Shown piece after piece: positions 46,341 to 58,883 of a stretch of DNA of 64,000 nucleotides. How positions within the stretch are numbered: the first letter of the stretch is position 1; each line of letters begins with the position of its first letter. Source of the DNA: Nemertoderma westbladi (Eukaryota > Animalia > Xenacoelomorpha); assembly GCA_032718475.1 (NCBI GenBank), contig JAUCBJ010008939.1:1-64000 (forward strand), given 5' to 3'. The position numbers and the translations under genes are program-made. The notes beneath the pieces are model-generated. The model did no database searches, had not been told where the DNA came from, and saw only the letters and a program-made list of their open reading frames with translations.

Positions 46341-49300
46341 CTTGCTTGAGTTTTATCCCGTACATATTGTTCTATTTCGTAGTCGCGATCATCACAGATA
46401 CGTGTTGTTTCATGGAGTTGGCTTCTTAACGAGCCATTTTCGAAGGATGTTTTTTGGCATGCCAAATGTAACTCCTTCAACAAATATGCCGCATTTTCCA
46501 AAATTATCTTATTCTTTGACATGCTTTCCCCAGTTTCTGAATGAATTCTTTTCATTCGTTCCAAACTGTCTTCTAAAAAGTATACAGAGTTTTCCAATTT
46601 GTGTGATTTTTGACGCATTTGATGATCAAGACTAGTTTGTTCTATCGTCAATTCATTACGACCGTTAAGTCCACCAATATCGACCTCTTCGTTTCCTTGG
46701 AACTGATCAAGTTGTCTTTGTACCAGATTCTTTCGCTCTTCTAATTTCTTCAAATCGTTTAGTTTTTGTTGTAATCGTGACCCTTCGTCATTGTTAGCTT
46801 GACGTAAATTGTAATTAACACCTTCTAGTTCTATCCCTACATTCCTCTTTCTATCCAAACGCATTTCCTGTGAGTCACGCCGTTGCATTAAGATGTTATT
46901 TTGTTGCGCTAGTTCATCTTTAATAATCAGTTTATTGGCTATCTCCTGTTCTTCTCTCAAATTTTCTTCAATAAGTTTCGCTAATTTTTCTTCTTCCTTC
47001 AATTTTTCTTCTCTATACATATCCATAGTGAGGCTGAACTTTTCATTATCAACAGATAATTTATCAAGTATGTCTTTAAATTCGTTGCTTTTTTGTTGTA
47101 ACTCTTCTAGGAATGATTCTTCATACTTTATTTTACCAAACAATCTGTTGTTATCGTTCTGCAACTGGTAACCAACTCGTCTTTTAACTTCTAATTCGTT
47201 TCCCTCCTCTATGTTGCTTCTTTCTAAGTTCACCTTGCATTTTTCCAGATTAGAAATCTCATCTTTCTGCATTTCTAATTCCATTTCAAGAGCTAAAAGT
47301 TTTTCAGAAAGTTCCTGAAATTGTATTTGCAGAGCTGTTTCTTCCGGACCATCCTGTGAACGAATAGATCAAAAATTAACACAAAAAATGCGAATGTATC
47401 CTATTCATTCATACCTTGTAATCCCAAGGTATGATTATGATGTGCAGTCAAGGACTACTCTACTAAAAAGCAAGAGTAGTCCTTGTGTACGGTAGTTATG
47501 CCAGTCTGTGGAAATATTTCATGTTTTTTTTACAAATCATGTGTAACGGTGGACACATTGGTTGTAAAAAGTATAATTCATCATTGATGGAAAAAGTTGA
47601 AATTAAGGTAATGAATGAAGTTATCTTACCTGACCTACATCTGTCTCACGAACAACGTCCACGATATTATGTGTATCTTTATTTAATGCCAAATCGCATG
47701 AACGTTTTTTCTTTTCCAAATCGCTTGGAGATTTTTCCATTGATAAATTGCTTGAACGTTTTTCCATTGACACATCGCTTGAGAGCCGTTTCATAGCGTT
47801 ACTATTGTCTGCGCCACTGATAGAGGTGAATGCAGTTGCATCATCATTGGGAATAATATATTGTTCGGAAATAAAGGAACATGAAGAACAACCACTGTTC
47901 ACATTCCGTTTCGATTCTTTTATTAGATGATCTGTAAGTGCATCTTGCGTTTCTGTTGTCAATGAAGGGCTTGTCAATGCATCCTTCGTTTCTGTTACCA
48001 AGGAAGAGCTTGTCAACGCATCCTTCGTTTCTGTTACCAAGGAAGAGCTTGTCAACGCATCCTTCGTTTCTGTTAGCAATGAAGAGCTTGTCAACGCATC
48101 CTTCGTTTCTGTTACCAAGGAAGAGCTTGTCAACGCATCCTTCGTTTCTGTTAGCAATGAAGAGCTTGTCAACGCATCCTTCGTTTCTGTTAGCAAGGGA
48201 GAGCTTGTCAACGCATCCTTCATTTCTGTTATTAATGAAGAGCTTGTCATCGCATCTTTCATTTCATTTATCGTGGAAGAGCTAGTCAATACCTCATTCG
48301 TATCTGTTAGCAAAGGAGAGATTTTCAGGACATCTTTCGTTTCTGTTATCATGGACGAGCTTGTTAACGCATCTTTTGTTTCTATTAGCAATGAAGAGCT
48401 TGTCAAAGCATCTTTCGTTTCTGTTATCATGGACGAGCTTGTTAACGCATCTTTCGTTTCTATTAACAATGAAGAGCTTGTCAAAGCATCTTTCGTTTCT
48501 GTTATCAATGAAGAGCTTGTCAACGCATCCTTCGTTTCTGTTATTAATGAAGAGCTTGTCATCGCATCTTTCATTTCATTTATCGTGGAAGAGCTAGTCA
48601 ATACCTCATTCGTATCTGTTAGCAAAGGAGAGCTTTTCAGGACATCTTTTGTTTCTGCTATCATGGACGAGCTTGTTAACGCATCTTTCGTTTCTATTAG
48701 CAATGGAGAGCGTGTCAAAGCATCTTTTGTTTCCGTTACCAATGTAGAGCTTGTCAATGCATCTTTTGTTTCTGTTATCAATGAAGAGCTTGTCACCGCA
48801 TTTTTCGTAACAATCTTTACGGGTGCAACACAATCATTGTTAAGGGCTATGTCAGTGTTCGTTGTGTTCACATATGCCTTAGAAGGACGAAATTCCTTCT
48901 TCTCCAATGCAATTCCATCGATATATGCTCGGGCTTTGAGACTAGGTGCTAGATCCTGACCAGACGTTGTTTCAGAGTATGACCTTAAAGAAGTCTCGAA
49001 GTTAATTACATGGGCCTTGATATCGTCAATATCAGTTTTGATAGTTTCTATCTTGTGATCCGTTAATTTAGCAGCCTGAATATAAAATGAAAATTAGATC
49101 ACCAAAACATGTCCATAATTGGTAATGATAACGTCAAGTAGTAGCACACAGTAGCACTCAGGACACATTTTATAATGCACGAAATTATATTCCTAAATTG
49201 AAAACATCTGCTTTACGACTGTTACTAATTAACTGCACGCTTGTGCATCTCTAAACATGTAGTGAATTTGTTTCCCCTATATCCTATCTATATTAAATAA

Positions 49301-52300
49301 TTCATATTTAAAAAAAATAATAATAATTTATTACCATTAATATTTAAAACGTGCTACTTGTTCTTCAAATGAAGAAATAATCCCACAAATTAATTTATTT
49401 GTGATATTGTGTTTGTCGTGGTGTATTCGTGTATATTCTAAAATAATTAATCCCATTATAAGGTTATGGAAATTCAGGACACCAAGCCTAAATTTTGATA
49501 TAGGCCTACTGTTTATTTGTTTGTAAGACAACGAAATATGTAAAATATTCAAATTCTTAACAAACTATATATGACCAAATATGTGACCAAAGAGCCAGAA
49601 CAACACTCACCAAAAAATGTGGTTTCGAGAAAAATGCAAAAAACCTTCTCATTTCCCTCTATATGGATCCCGTCTCCTAATTTTTTCGAGAGGTCTGGGA
49701 AGATACAATGACACATTTTATAATAGTGGCTAGCATTCAGAATACATTTTGTTAATGAAAAAAACTGTTTTTTTCGTTATTTTCCAAAGAGACAAAACAA
49801 CACATACTGAAATTTAACATTAACTCTAGTCTGTGTGAGTTGTTTTACCTCTAGGATTTTATCACAGAAACATAAGAACTCACGTCATTCCTCGACTATT
49901 GAATGGTGTTTTTCCTGGCAAAGTATCGTAGAGAAAAGTGTGGTATGTGTTGTTTTACCTCTAACGGTTTTCAACTTTTATGTTGTGAGGGTTGTTCTGG
50001 TTTTCCATATCTCCTAAACGGACTGACATACAAGTCTAGGATTTTAACATAAGATGTAGAACGCCATCTTGCGTAATTTTGGTGAAAACATTTTTTTTTT
50101 TTAAATTGTGGTATGTGTTGTTCTGGCTCTATGGTCACGATATTTGCCCTCCGACATATTCTATTTTCAATCCGAGCAATTCCAAAAATTTAACACATTT
50201 TTTACCCAAAACAACTTTTTTGTTATTTTTACGTTATTGGGATTATATTACAGGCGATGTCTTATAATGTTTCTATGTTGTACGTATTATTTATAGGTAT
50301 TAGACTTAGACTACGAAGTATTGTAGGCCTACTGTTGAACACAACCAAGGCAAGGGGTAAATGAAATTGGTACTGACCTCCAATTTGCGCTCTTCTTCCA
50401 ATATTGATACTTTCTCTTTAATAATTTTCTGAATAACTTGGTGTATAGAAATGATCTCCTGGCTCAAATGAACGATTTCTCTCTCCTTTAACTTAACACA
50501 TTTGGTCAATCGCTCCACCGCTTGACTTTCTTTCTTTAAAAAAAATAATTGAAATTAATTACCCTACACAACAAACAACCCTAGGGTTTGGTAAAGACTT
50601 CCCACTAGTGCAAGTTCATACCACCAAAATAATATTGGATTATAAAGTATAAGAAAGGCATAGTGGAATGGCGTTTCACCTTTCAATATTTACGAAGGAC
50701 AGTGGGGTATCGCATCATTGCACACGTGAATGTGAGACATATGGAGATATGCCTCCCTACTTTACTCACTCCCTCCATTCTTCCATAGTGGGAAATTTAC
50801 ACTATACGGGTGGGATATGATAATAATATTAAATATTAATAAACTATAATATATTGAATTTATTCTAAATGGCCGCAAATTATACAACAGTTTTATGCAA
50901 ACATGGTTGCCTACCTGCACCAGGTGTGATGCTGTTTGTGCTGATTGTGAGGTTACACGTTTTTCAGAAACTTTCAGTAACTTTTCAGGTTTTCCTTGGT
51001 GACGTCGCTTCGCACTGGTGGTGCTGGTAAGAGATTCGTGTTTATGAGTGTAGACTTGACTAGATTGATCCGCGCGCGGTACCTAGAAGGAAAAAATGCA
51101 TTAAACATAAACCTATGGGTAAACCTAGCCTACAGGTACCAACACTACTAGCTTCCTGTTTAAGAGTAGAGTTCTAGTTTTTTAGTTTTGCAATTGAAAT
51201 AATATAACATTTACTCAACCTGTGGGTCTGTTAATGATTCGTCCTTAGTTCGCCTCCGCTGACCGCCCCGTTTCTGTTTGGGTTCGTCAGCAACCTGCTG
51301 GCGACGTTCGGTTTGTTCTTCTCTCCCATCCCGGACTTCATCTTCCTGCCTGTTAATTTTGTAGGTGCTTTCCTTTTTGGTCTTAATACTATTATTTGTT
51401 GATCCCCCTTTAGGTATAATAGTTGCACTGCCCGAGAGAATTGGCTTCCATGTTCCTCTTCTAGGTGAATTCTTTCTACCTGATGAATTACTTTCTCGTC
51501 GAGAGAGGATGTCTCTATCCCTTTCGGACGATTTATCAATTGTACTATTTGTTGTGGACCCCTCCTTCGGTATAGCAGTTCTAATACCATATGTAAGAGA
51601 CTTTCTACTACCCTTTTCACGAGAATGTATTCCATCCAAAGAATCACTTTTTACTTTGGATGGTTCGTCTATATCTCTTAACCCCTTTCTGGAGGATTTA
51701 TTTCTTGAAGCACTTTCTGTAAAGGATACGCTGATCCCACTTGTGGGTATGCGACTTCGTTTAGATATCGAGATTTCCGATCCATTCTCGATTCTACTTT
51801 TATTATGTTTCTCATTGATCTCTAATATGTCGTCAGAAACTATTTTCTATGAAGTAAAACAAGTTGGAATAACCTACCAGGGTCAATAATGCCTGTTCTG
51901 GTGTAAATTAAGAGTGAATATATCTCACCCTGATTTTATATTATTCTTTGTAAACACGATATATCTTACCCTCTCTATACAACCAGTGGTTGATTAAACA
52001 ATGTGTATTAATTATCAAATACCGCTAAATGCATAAAAAATAAAAGGTACCGTTACCGTAGTACCAACTAAATTATTGGGCTTACATACTCAGAAAATAT
52101 TCAATTGGGAGACGGCACTCAATGAATGGAAAATACCTCGGGGTATATAGGCACTACTCCTCTGACCTATTAAATAACATGCGGTATTGTCTTTCTAGTT
52201 TGTTTAATGGCTAATTTATAGTAATTAAATGGTCTTGCCGTAACGATATATTTAACTTACTTTGGAGAGACTCTTTGCAGTTGATCCTGATCGACTGTTT

Positions 52301-53394
52301 TTCCTAATGAACAAACACGAACGATTAATTTACTGTTGAAGATACACACACTAAACGGTTGCGCATTAAAAACTGATATTTATATTCGGTGAGATCGCAT
52401 GTGCTTAATTTTGAAAGACACGTAACCCAATCTAAACTTCAGCTTTTGGGATACGAACACATACACAGAAGGCCTAGATAGGTACTGATACAGTGTAGCT
52501 ATACATACACAGTAGGCCTAGATAGGTACTGATACAGTGTAGCTATACATACACAGAAGGCCTAGATAGGTACTGATACAGTGTAGCTATACATACACAG
52601 AAGGCCTAGATAGGTACTGATACAGTGTAGCTATACATACACAGTAGGCCTAGATAGGTACTGATACAGTGTAGCTATACATACACAGAAGGCCTAGATA
52701 GGTACTGATACAGTGTAGCTATACATACACAGAAGGCCTAGATAGGTACTGATACAGTGTAGCTATACATACACAGTAGGCCTAGATAGGTACTGATACA
52801 GTGTAGCTATACATACACAGTAGGCCTAGATAGGTACTGATACAGTGTAGCTATACATACACAGTAGGCCTAGATAGGTACTGATACAGTGTAGCTATAC
52901 ATACACAGTAGGCCTAGATAGGTACTGATACAGTGTAGCTATACATACACAGTAGGCCTAGATAGGTACTGATACAGTGTAGCTATATTTGTTCACAAGT
53001 GCCAAATCTAACCAATAAACAACAAAAACTGGATCCGTACATTCCTACCTTCATGTCGGTAATTAGCATGCACAATAAGTTGTTACATTATTCATTGAAA
53101 AATATAGTAACATAGATAATTATACCAGAGTAATATTACATTTATTTAAGAAAAATACAAATTTTAATTTTACAGGGTGTATGTACTAGGCTACTAGCTA
53201 TATTTTTTTAATGAAGCTACTACTGTATTATTCGCTAGCTCTATCGGACACCCTAGCTAGACATACCTTTCTGGTGTAGACCCAGATCCCGCTGCATCGC
53301 TACTTGTTCTATCGACTACAAGCGACTTGGAATGACTGAAATATTCGCGGTCGTCAGCAACTTGCTTTGCCGATGAACAGTTGGTATCACTCAT
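46341..53394 (-). CDS. Multi-exon host gene, coiled-coil protein with Ser/Thr-rich repeat; function unknown
   Basis: Phase-consistent GT-AG exon chain: 53394-53267 (ATG), 52303-52261, 51846-51220, 51082-50915, 50533-50378, 49075-47630, 47353-46341; no stop codon reached. Confidence 0.8.
47449..47485. mobile_element. 37-bp intronic palindrome with CAAGGACT ends (same type as 4618-4676)
   Basis: CAAGGACTACTCT...AGAGTAGTCCTTG; flanking duplication only partial (tgtgcagt / tgtacggt). Confidence 0.55.
47940..48800 (-). repeat. 39-bp coding tandem repeat (13 aa, TETKDALTSSSLx, ~22 units)
   Basis: In-frame repeat inside exon 49075-47630. Confidence 0.92.
49583..50138. mobile_element. MITE with TIR GTGACCAWAGAGCCAGAACAACAC
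   Basis: Inverted ends; near-identical second copy from 54098. Confidence 0.8.
52459..52986. repeat. 44-bp intronic minisatellite (~12 units)
   Basis: Unit catacacagWaggcctagataggtactgatacagtgtagctata. Confidence 0.95.
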
Positions 53395-54097
53395 AATGAC
53401 ACATCACACACATTACACATGAATACGGTAATTTCAACCATTACCGTATTGTTCCATTATTGTTATATGGTAATAAATTAATATATAAACTTATGGTTAA
53501 TTTACAATTAATAATGATAAAGTAGTATCCATGGTTATTAACACGAAATAAATTGCCAATACTGTGCTTTTGATTATTTAAAGTCAAATGACCATTATTT
53601 AGTCGAGTGACAGTCAATCTAGCAAAAAAAAGATATTCGAAATCAAATCAACCAAAACCTAGATTAAATTTTATGCGAACATATGAATGACCTATTTCAA
53701 TACTACAATAAGTATTGAACAATAACTGCTAAATTTTGATTAGGGAGCTATTTGTTTGCTTTACTTATAACAAGTTGCTAGTTAACTACTTAAATACAAA
53801 AATTTTCTATTGTTAGTGATGTACTGTAGCTACCTCTGTATACAAATAACAGCACAATGATTACCAGTAATGCTAATAATGATATTCCAAATTCTATTTG
53901 GCGTATTTCCTCCGTATTACAACAAATATTTTTTGAAAAAACTATAAAGAAAAGAGGGGGGTTGTATATTTTTTGTTCTAGAATACTTATTGTATTGAGG
54001 AAAAATAGTCAATTGTTTTATTCATTATTTTCTGGAAAATGCTAATTTGTTGACATTGTAACAAAAAAGTGCTATATTTGAAGATATTTTATATATC

Positions 54098-55230
54098 GTG
54101 ACCAAAGAGCCAGAACAACACTCACCAAAAAATGTGGTTTCGAGAAAAATGCAAAAACCTTCTCATTTCCCTCTATATGGATCCCGTCTCCTAATTTTTT
54201 CGAGAGGTCTGGGAAGATACAATGACACATTTTATAATAGTGGCTAGCATTCAGAATAAATTTTGTTATTGTCCAAAGAGACAAAACAACACATACTGAA
54301 ATTTAACATTAACTCTAGTCTGTGTGTGTTGTTTTACCTCTAGGATTTTATCACAGAAACATAACAACTCACGTCATTCTTCGACTATTGAATGGTGTTT
54401 TTCCTGGTAAAGCATGATAGATATTTAAATGTAGCGAACGGACTTACGCACATTACATTTCCATGCTGCTCTATTGGATATTTTTCGCCCCTTGCCAGGC
54501 TTCCTCATATGTTTCCCTATGACGTCATTGCTATACCTAGATAAATTTGGACTAGGATCATCCTCATCGTCACTATAACTAGTCGATGGAATATAATTTA
54601 ACTCTGTAAACTCCTAAACTCTAAAGTCATCAACATACTCCATTTGTACATCGGCATCACCTGCGCTGGTGAATTCTCAATTGAGCACATGTGATTTAAA
54701 TGGTAATTTCTATAAATAGCCCTACTCCGATAATAACTCATTTGAAAGCAAGTAATTATATTAATTTAGATTTGATTCAATACTAACATTATTTAAAAAT
54801 CAAATAGATTATGACAAAAGTATCATTTTCGTTGACTTATTTTTTGGCCGTAAAGGTTCATCATCAGATCCTATAAACGACATTACTGTACCGGTAATCT
54901 AAATTACCATTTAAATCGCATCAGGTAGTGTGGAATAGTTCATATTAATCAAATTTGCCGCTAATTTAAATACATATTCCAGAAAAATTGGCTTCTTTTG
55001 ATTCGTTTACAATATACATGAGTTGCCATACTTTGCATTGTGTGGTGTGGGTTGTTTTGCTTCGAATAAGTGTGGTATGTGTTGTTTTACCTCTAACAGT
55101 TTTCAACTTATATGTTGTGAGGGTTGTTCTGGTTTTCCGTATCTCCTAAACGGACTGACATACAAGTCTAGGATTTTAACATAAGATATAGAACGCCATC
55201 TTGAGTAATTTTGGTGAAATTTTTTTTTTA
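54098..55230. mobile_element. Second copy of the 49583 MITE, interrupted by ~650 bp and lacking the right TIR
   Basis: 54098-54407 and ~55069-55230 match the two halves of 49583-50138. Confidence 0.75.
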
Positions 55231-55693
55231 ATTTCACGCCTGAGGCGTAGCTATAGGGGGGGTTACTTGCCCCTGGGCGCCAACAGAAAGGGGCGCCAAA
55301 ATGGTTTTTTGAGGTGGCAAAAAGTAACATTTTTTGTCTTGCTTTCTTATTACATTTTTTGTCTTGCTAAGCCTACTTTTTTTTGCCACCACTTAAATAG
55401 TTATTTCGTATCACTGTCCTATTCAATTTAATACTATAAAAAACATTATATTAAATAAACCTGCCAACTTTCGCAACTATAATATTTGCACTCAAACAGA
55501 AAGTTAGTTTGGTCAATTGAAAATAGCCACTAAACGTGCTTCTTTACAATGCATTTACATATCGAATAGCTAAATTTTTAGGCTTTTATTAAAATAAATG
55601 TTGGAAAAAGTAAATAATGCGGGGCGTAGTAATGCGGAGTTTATAATTTACAAAGCAATATGTACTAAATCTATAAATTGAAAAAACATCAAA

Positions 55694-56611
55694 CTATTTG
55701 GTACTGAATGTTCGTAAGGTTCCCTTTATGTCCTCGATCTCGGCTATCTTAGCTTCCTCCTCTTGGATAACAAAATCCATTTCATCTGGGAATATCTGTC
55801 CGGATTTAATCGCAGTGGCGACCAAGACCTTCCGTCTGCGTATCTCATCCAAATCGCCCCCCAAAGACTGCAAACTCCTACTAATATCCCCTAGTTCCTG
55901 ATCCCTCACACTCTCAACATCTTTATCCTCATCGCTTTCAACCTCTTCACTACCATCGCTACTACTTATATTCCCAAATAGTTTCTCCAGCGCCTGTTCC
56001 ACCCCATCGTCCACCTTCCTGGCCTCCTCCTCCTCTTCTCTTCCCGTCACAGTGGGCTCCTCCTCTGCCACAACCTCCCAGCGGACAGCTACCGCGTCCA
56101 GATCCGACCGCAACAATCGCTTAACTTCCTTCTCGATATCCGGTGACTCGATAAACTTTCTCCGTCGCGTCTTTCGGAACCGGCGTCTACGCGCGTTCTT
56201 TAACGGCGGGGTTATCCCGTGGGGCCATTGGAACTTTTTATCTTCGTCTTTACTCGGGGAGTTGGGTTTACTTTCCGTGCGTTCCATTTCCTTCTCCTCG
56301 CGGATTCGCCATCCTTCCTCGTCGTAACACACCAACATCTGGGCGATGTCGGCGCACTTGTACAACTGCTTTTTGTCGAGAGTTTTCAACGTTTCCACGA
56401 TGCAGGGTAGGTCGACTAGCCGCGCCGTGAACGGGACTTCATCCAGGTAGACCGTGCCGTGGCGTTGGTCTCCCTCCAGTTGTATGAACAGTCGGTCCTT
56501 TAGGTTGGGTATCGGGCAGCTCAGGATTTCTCTGAGTTTTTTCGCTGGTTCGTCCGGAAGATTGAGTAGGAAATGGTTCTCCAAATCGATTGGTTCGTCA
56601 TCTCTCGACAT
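55694..56611 (-). CDS. TAF7: Transcription initiation factor TFIID subunit 7, intronless CDS
   Basis: LENHFLLNLP, ARLVDLPCIVETLKTLDKKQLYKCADIAQMLVC, WPHGITPPLKNARRRRFRK, IEKEVKRLLRSD: TAFII55 N-terminal signature. Confidence 0.95.
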   Translation of the reverse strand: MSRDDEPIDLENHFLLNLPDEPAKKLREILSCPIPNLKDRLFIQLEGDQRHGTVYLDEVPFTARLVDLPCIVETLKTLDKKQLYKCADIAQMLVCYDEEGWRIREEKEMERTESKPNSPSKDEDKKFQWPHGITPPLKNARRRRFRKTRRRKFIESPDIEKEVKRLLRSDLDAVAVRWEVVAEEEPTVTGREEEEEARKVDDGVEQALEKLFGNISSSDGSEEVESDEDKDVESVRDQELGDISRSLQSLGGDLDEIRRRKVLVATAIKSGQIFPDEMDFVIQEEEAKIAEIEDIKGTLRTFSTK

Positions 56612-57291
56612 AATTCAGTCGTTTTGGGAATTGTGATACCAATTATTAATAAATAAACTCTAAAGTATTAGGCCTACGCTGTTAGGTCTGTAGGTAGCAG
56701 GTAGGGCCTATTTTTTATTAATCAGTTAATAGTGCCTAAGTCATGACAGCATGACCTAGGCCTACTAAAGATAGATAAATATTTAGTAGGTCATACCAAA
56801 GTCTAAAATAATTATTGTTTACGCCTTTTATTTTGCGTCGTCGAGCGTCGACCAACAATAATTACAGAATTAATTAATTCTGCATTCGGCATTACAGCAT
56901 TAGGCCTATTCCAGTATTCAGTTTAATCAGTTATTGCATATTGTCATATTGGCATGCTGCTGCTGCCCTGATTCCCACCCAATCCTAAACCTGTAAACTG
57001 TTCTAAAATTATTGTATAGCAGGAACAGGAACAACTCGAACTCCGTACTCACTGTAGCACACAGCACGGCACACGCACAACCAGCAGACCAGTCTGCCAG
57101 TAGGGGAAACGAAAGTTTTATTTACCGGTAAGAATTGAAATGTCTGAAACATTGTACGAATTTATATTTAATAGTTAGTATTAATAATTAATAAATAAAT
57201 ATCATTATTATATATTAAACTTTAAAATAAATATTAAATAGAGTTGTAGGGTGTAGTGAGAACAGATGATTGAACCGAATTGGTTTTTTCT

Positions 57292-58581
57292 TCAATACTT
57301 CCTTATATTGGGTCTGTTAACTGCAACTGTACTTGAATGTTTTATTACATTGTTCACCTCCTCGTGAATGGATATGATATCTTGACTTAACTGGACAATT
57401 TCTTTTTCTTTCTCTATAACAGTTTTATTTAAACGTTGCAGCTCGTTTACACCCCGCTGTAAAGGAAAAATGAAGAATGTTTTGGTAGGTTATTTTGGGA
57501 TACGGAGATAATTGATACAATCAATGTATATTGTAAAATGAATACCTGTACCTTGTTACAATTGTTGTCTTGTTATTATTTCCGTTGGATACTAATTTAA
57601 TGTAAGTAGAACTGACATTTCGGTAACGATAAATAAATGTGCTTTATTTTATTAATTTATCGTTACCGAAAGGTCAGGTTCTAATAATTGTATGAACGAA
57701 ACTCCCACCATTTATTCATAAAAGCCTTATGACTTACAGGTGATAATGAACGTGACGCAAAGCCACTTCCGCCCAGTTGCACGAACTTTTGGCTGCATAT
57801 TAGTTTGAGGGACCCAGATGACCGTTTACCATCTGGGACACTATGCCTCTCCAGGGACAATACCCGATGACATGGAACACGCGGTTGAACCCTTGGGAAG
57901 GGAGATTTATATCGTGATGTCCGACTTTCCATGTATGGCATACTCGTGTAGCATTTATATATCTGAATAAGATTAATGATTTAATAAGTTGTAATTTTCT
58001 ATATAAAATTATGAATAAATTTTAAAAAGTTTAATATATAATTTCGATTCATCTGTGCAATTTACGAAAGGGTGAAGGCACTGCGGCCTACGAGTTTTAG
58101 TATTATAAATAATATATGGCACACACTTACCTTTATCGGTTTCCACAGTTTGTGTTGACTGCTTATCTCTGAGGTAGAGAGGGTTCACTTGCATCTTCGC
58201 AAATTTTAATTTTCTTGGAAATTGCCTTATTTTTGTCCGAAAAAGTGCGTTTACAGTCCAAAATCTTCCAAAATGTGGACAAATGATCTTCGAAAATATA
58301 AAGTAAACGACATATTCATAAATGATAACCTTTTAGTGAAATTATTGGATCTCTCACTAATGTTCTAGAAAATGCGTCTGTCCAAAACCATACTGTTGTA
58401 TTTGATGCAGATGAACCCTCCTGGAAATACCTCTGAGAGATTGGTCGGAACGTGACTGGGACCGTGACGTATTCCTACTGCTGCTCGTAAGACTTAAACT
58501 GCGGCACGGCGTAATTCCGTTTCCATGGTCACCAGTAGAACTATGTCCTATCGGAGGAGTTTTCGGCGGAAGGTTCTCCAT
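57292..58581 (-). CDS. Short multi-exon paralog of the coiled-coil gene (middle exons uncertain)
   Basis: Last exon 57456-57292 encodes LQRLNKTVIEKEKEIVQLSQDIISIHEEV, similar to VERLTKCVKLKEREIVHLSQEIISIHQVI of exon 50533-50378; GTAAGT donors at 57737 and 58130; ATG at 58581. Confidence 0.5.
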
Positions 58582-58883
58582 GTTGGTTTTAATATTAAAT
58601 CAGGTAAACTAAAGGAAAAAAGTTTGAGGGAAATTAGGAAAGACCAAAATATAATAGACAGTTGATTTGCAACAAAAGGCGTGTGTGGCAGGGCTCTATG
58701 ATGGGTGGACCCGTCCGTCGTTGGAAATGTTTAAACGGTAAAGTCTATCAATCTTGGTACACATGTAGTTTATTACACATGTAGTTTATCAAAAGTTTAG
58801 AAATTCTAGAAACACAGATAAACGTATATATTTCCTAATGGCGGCCGCTAGGGGGCGAATGATCAGATCTACGTCCAATAATT

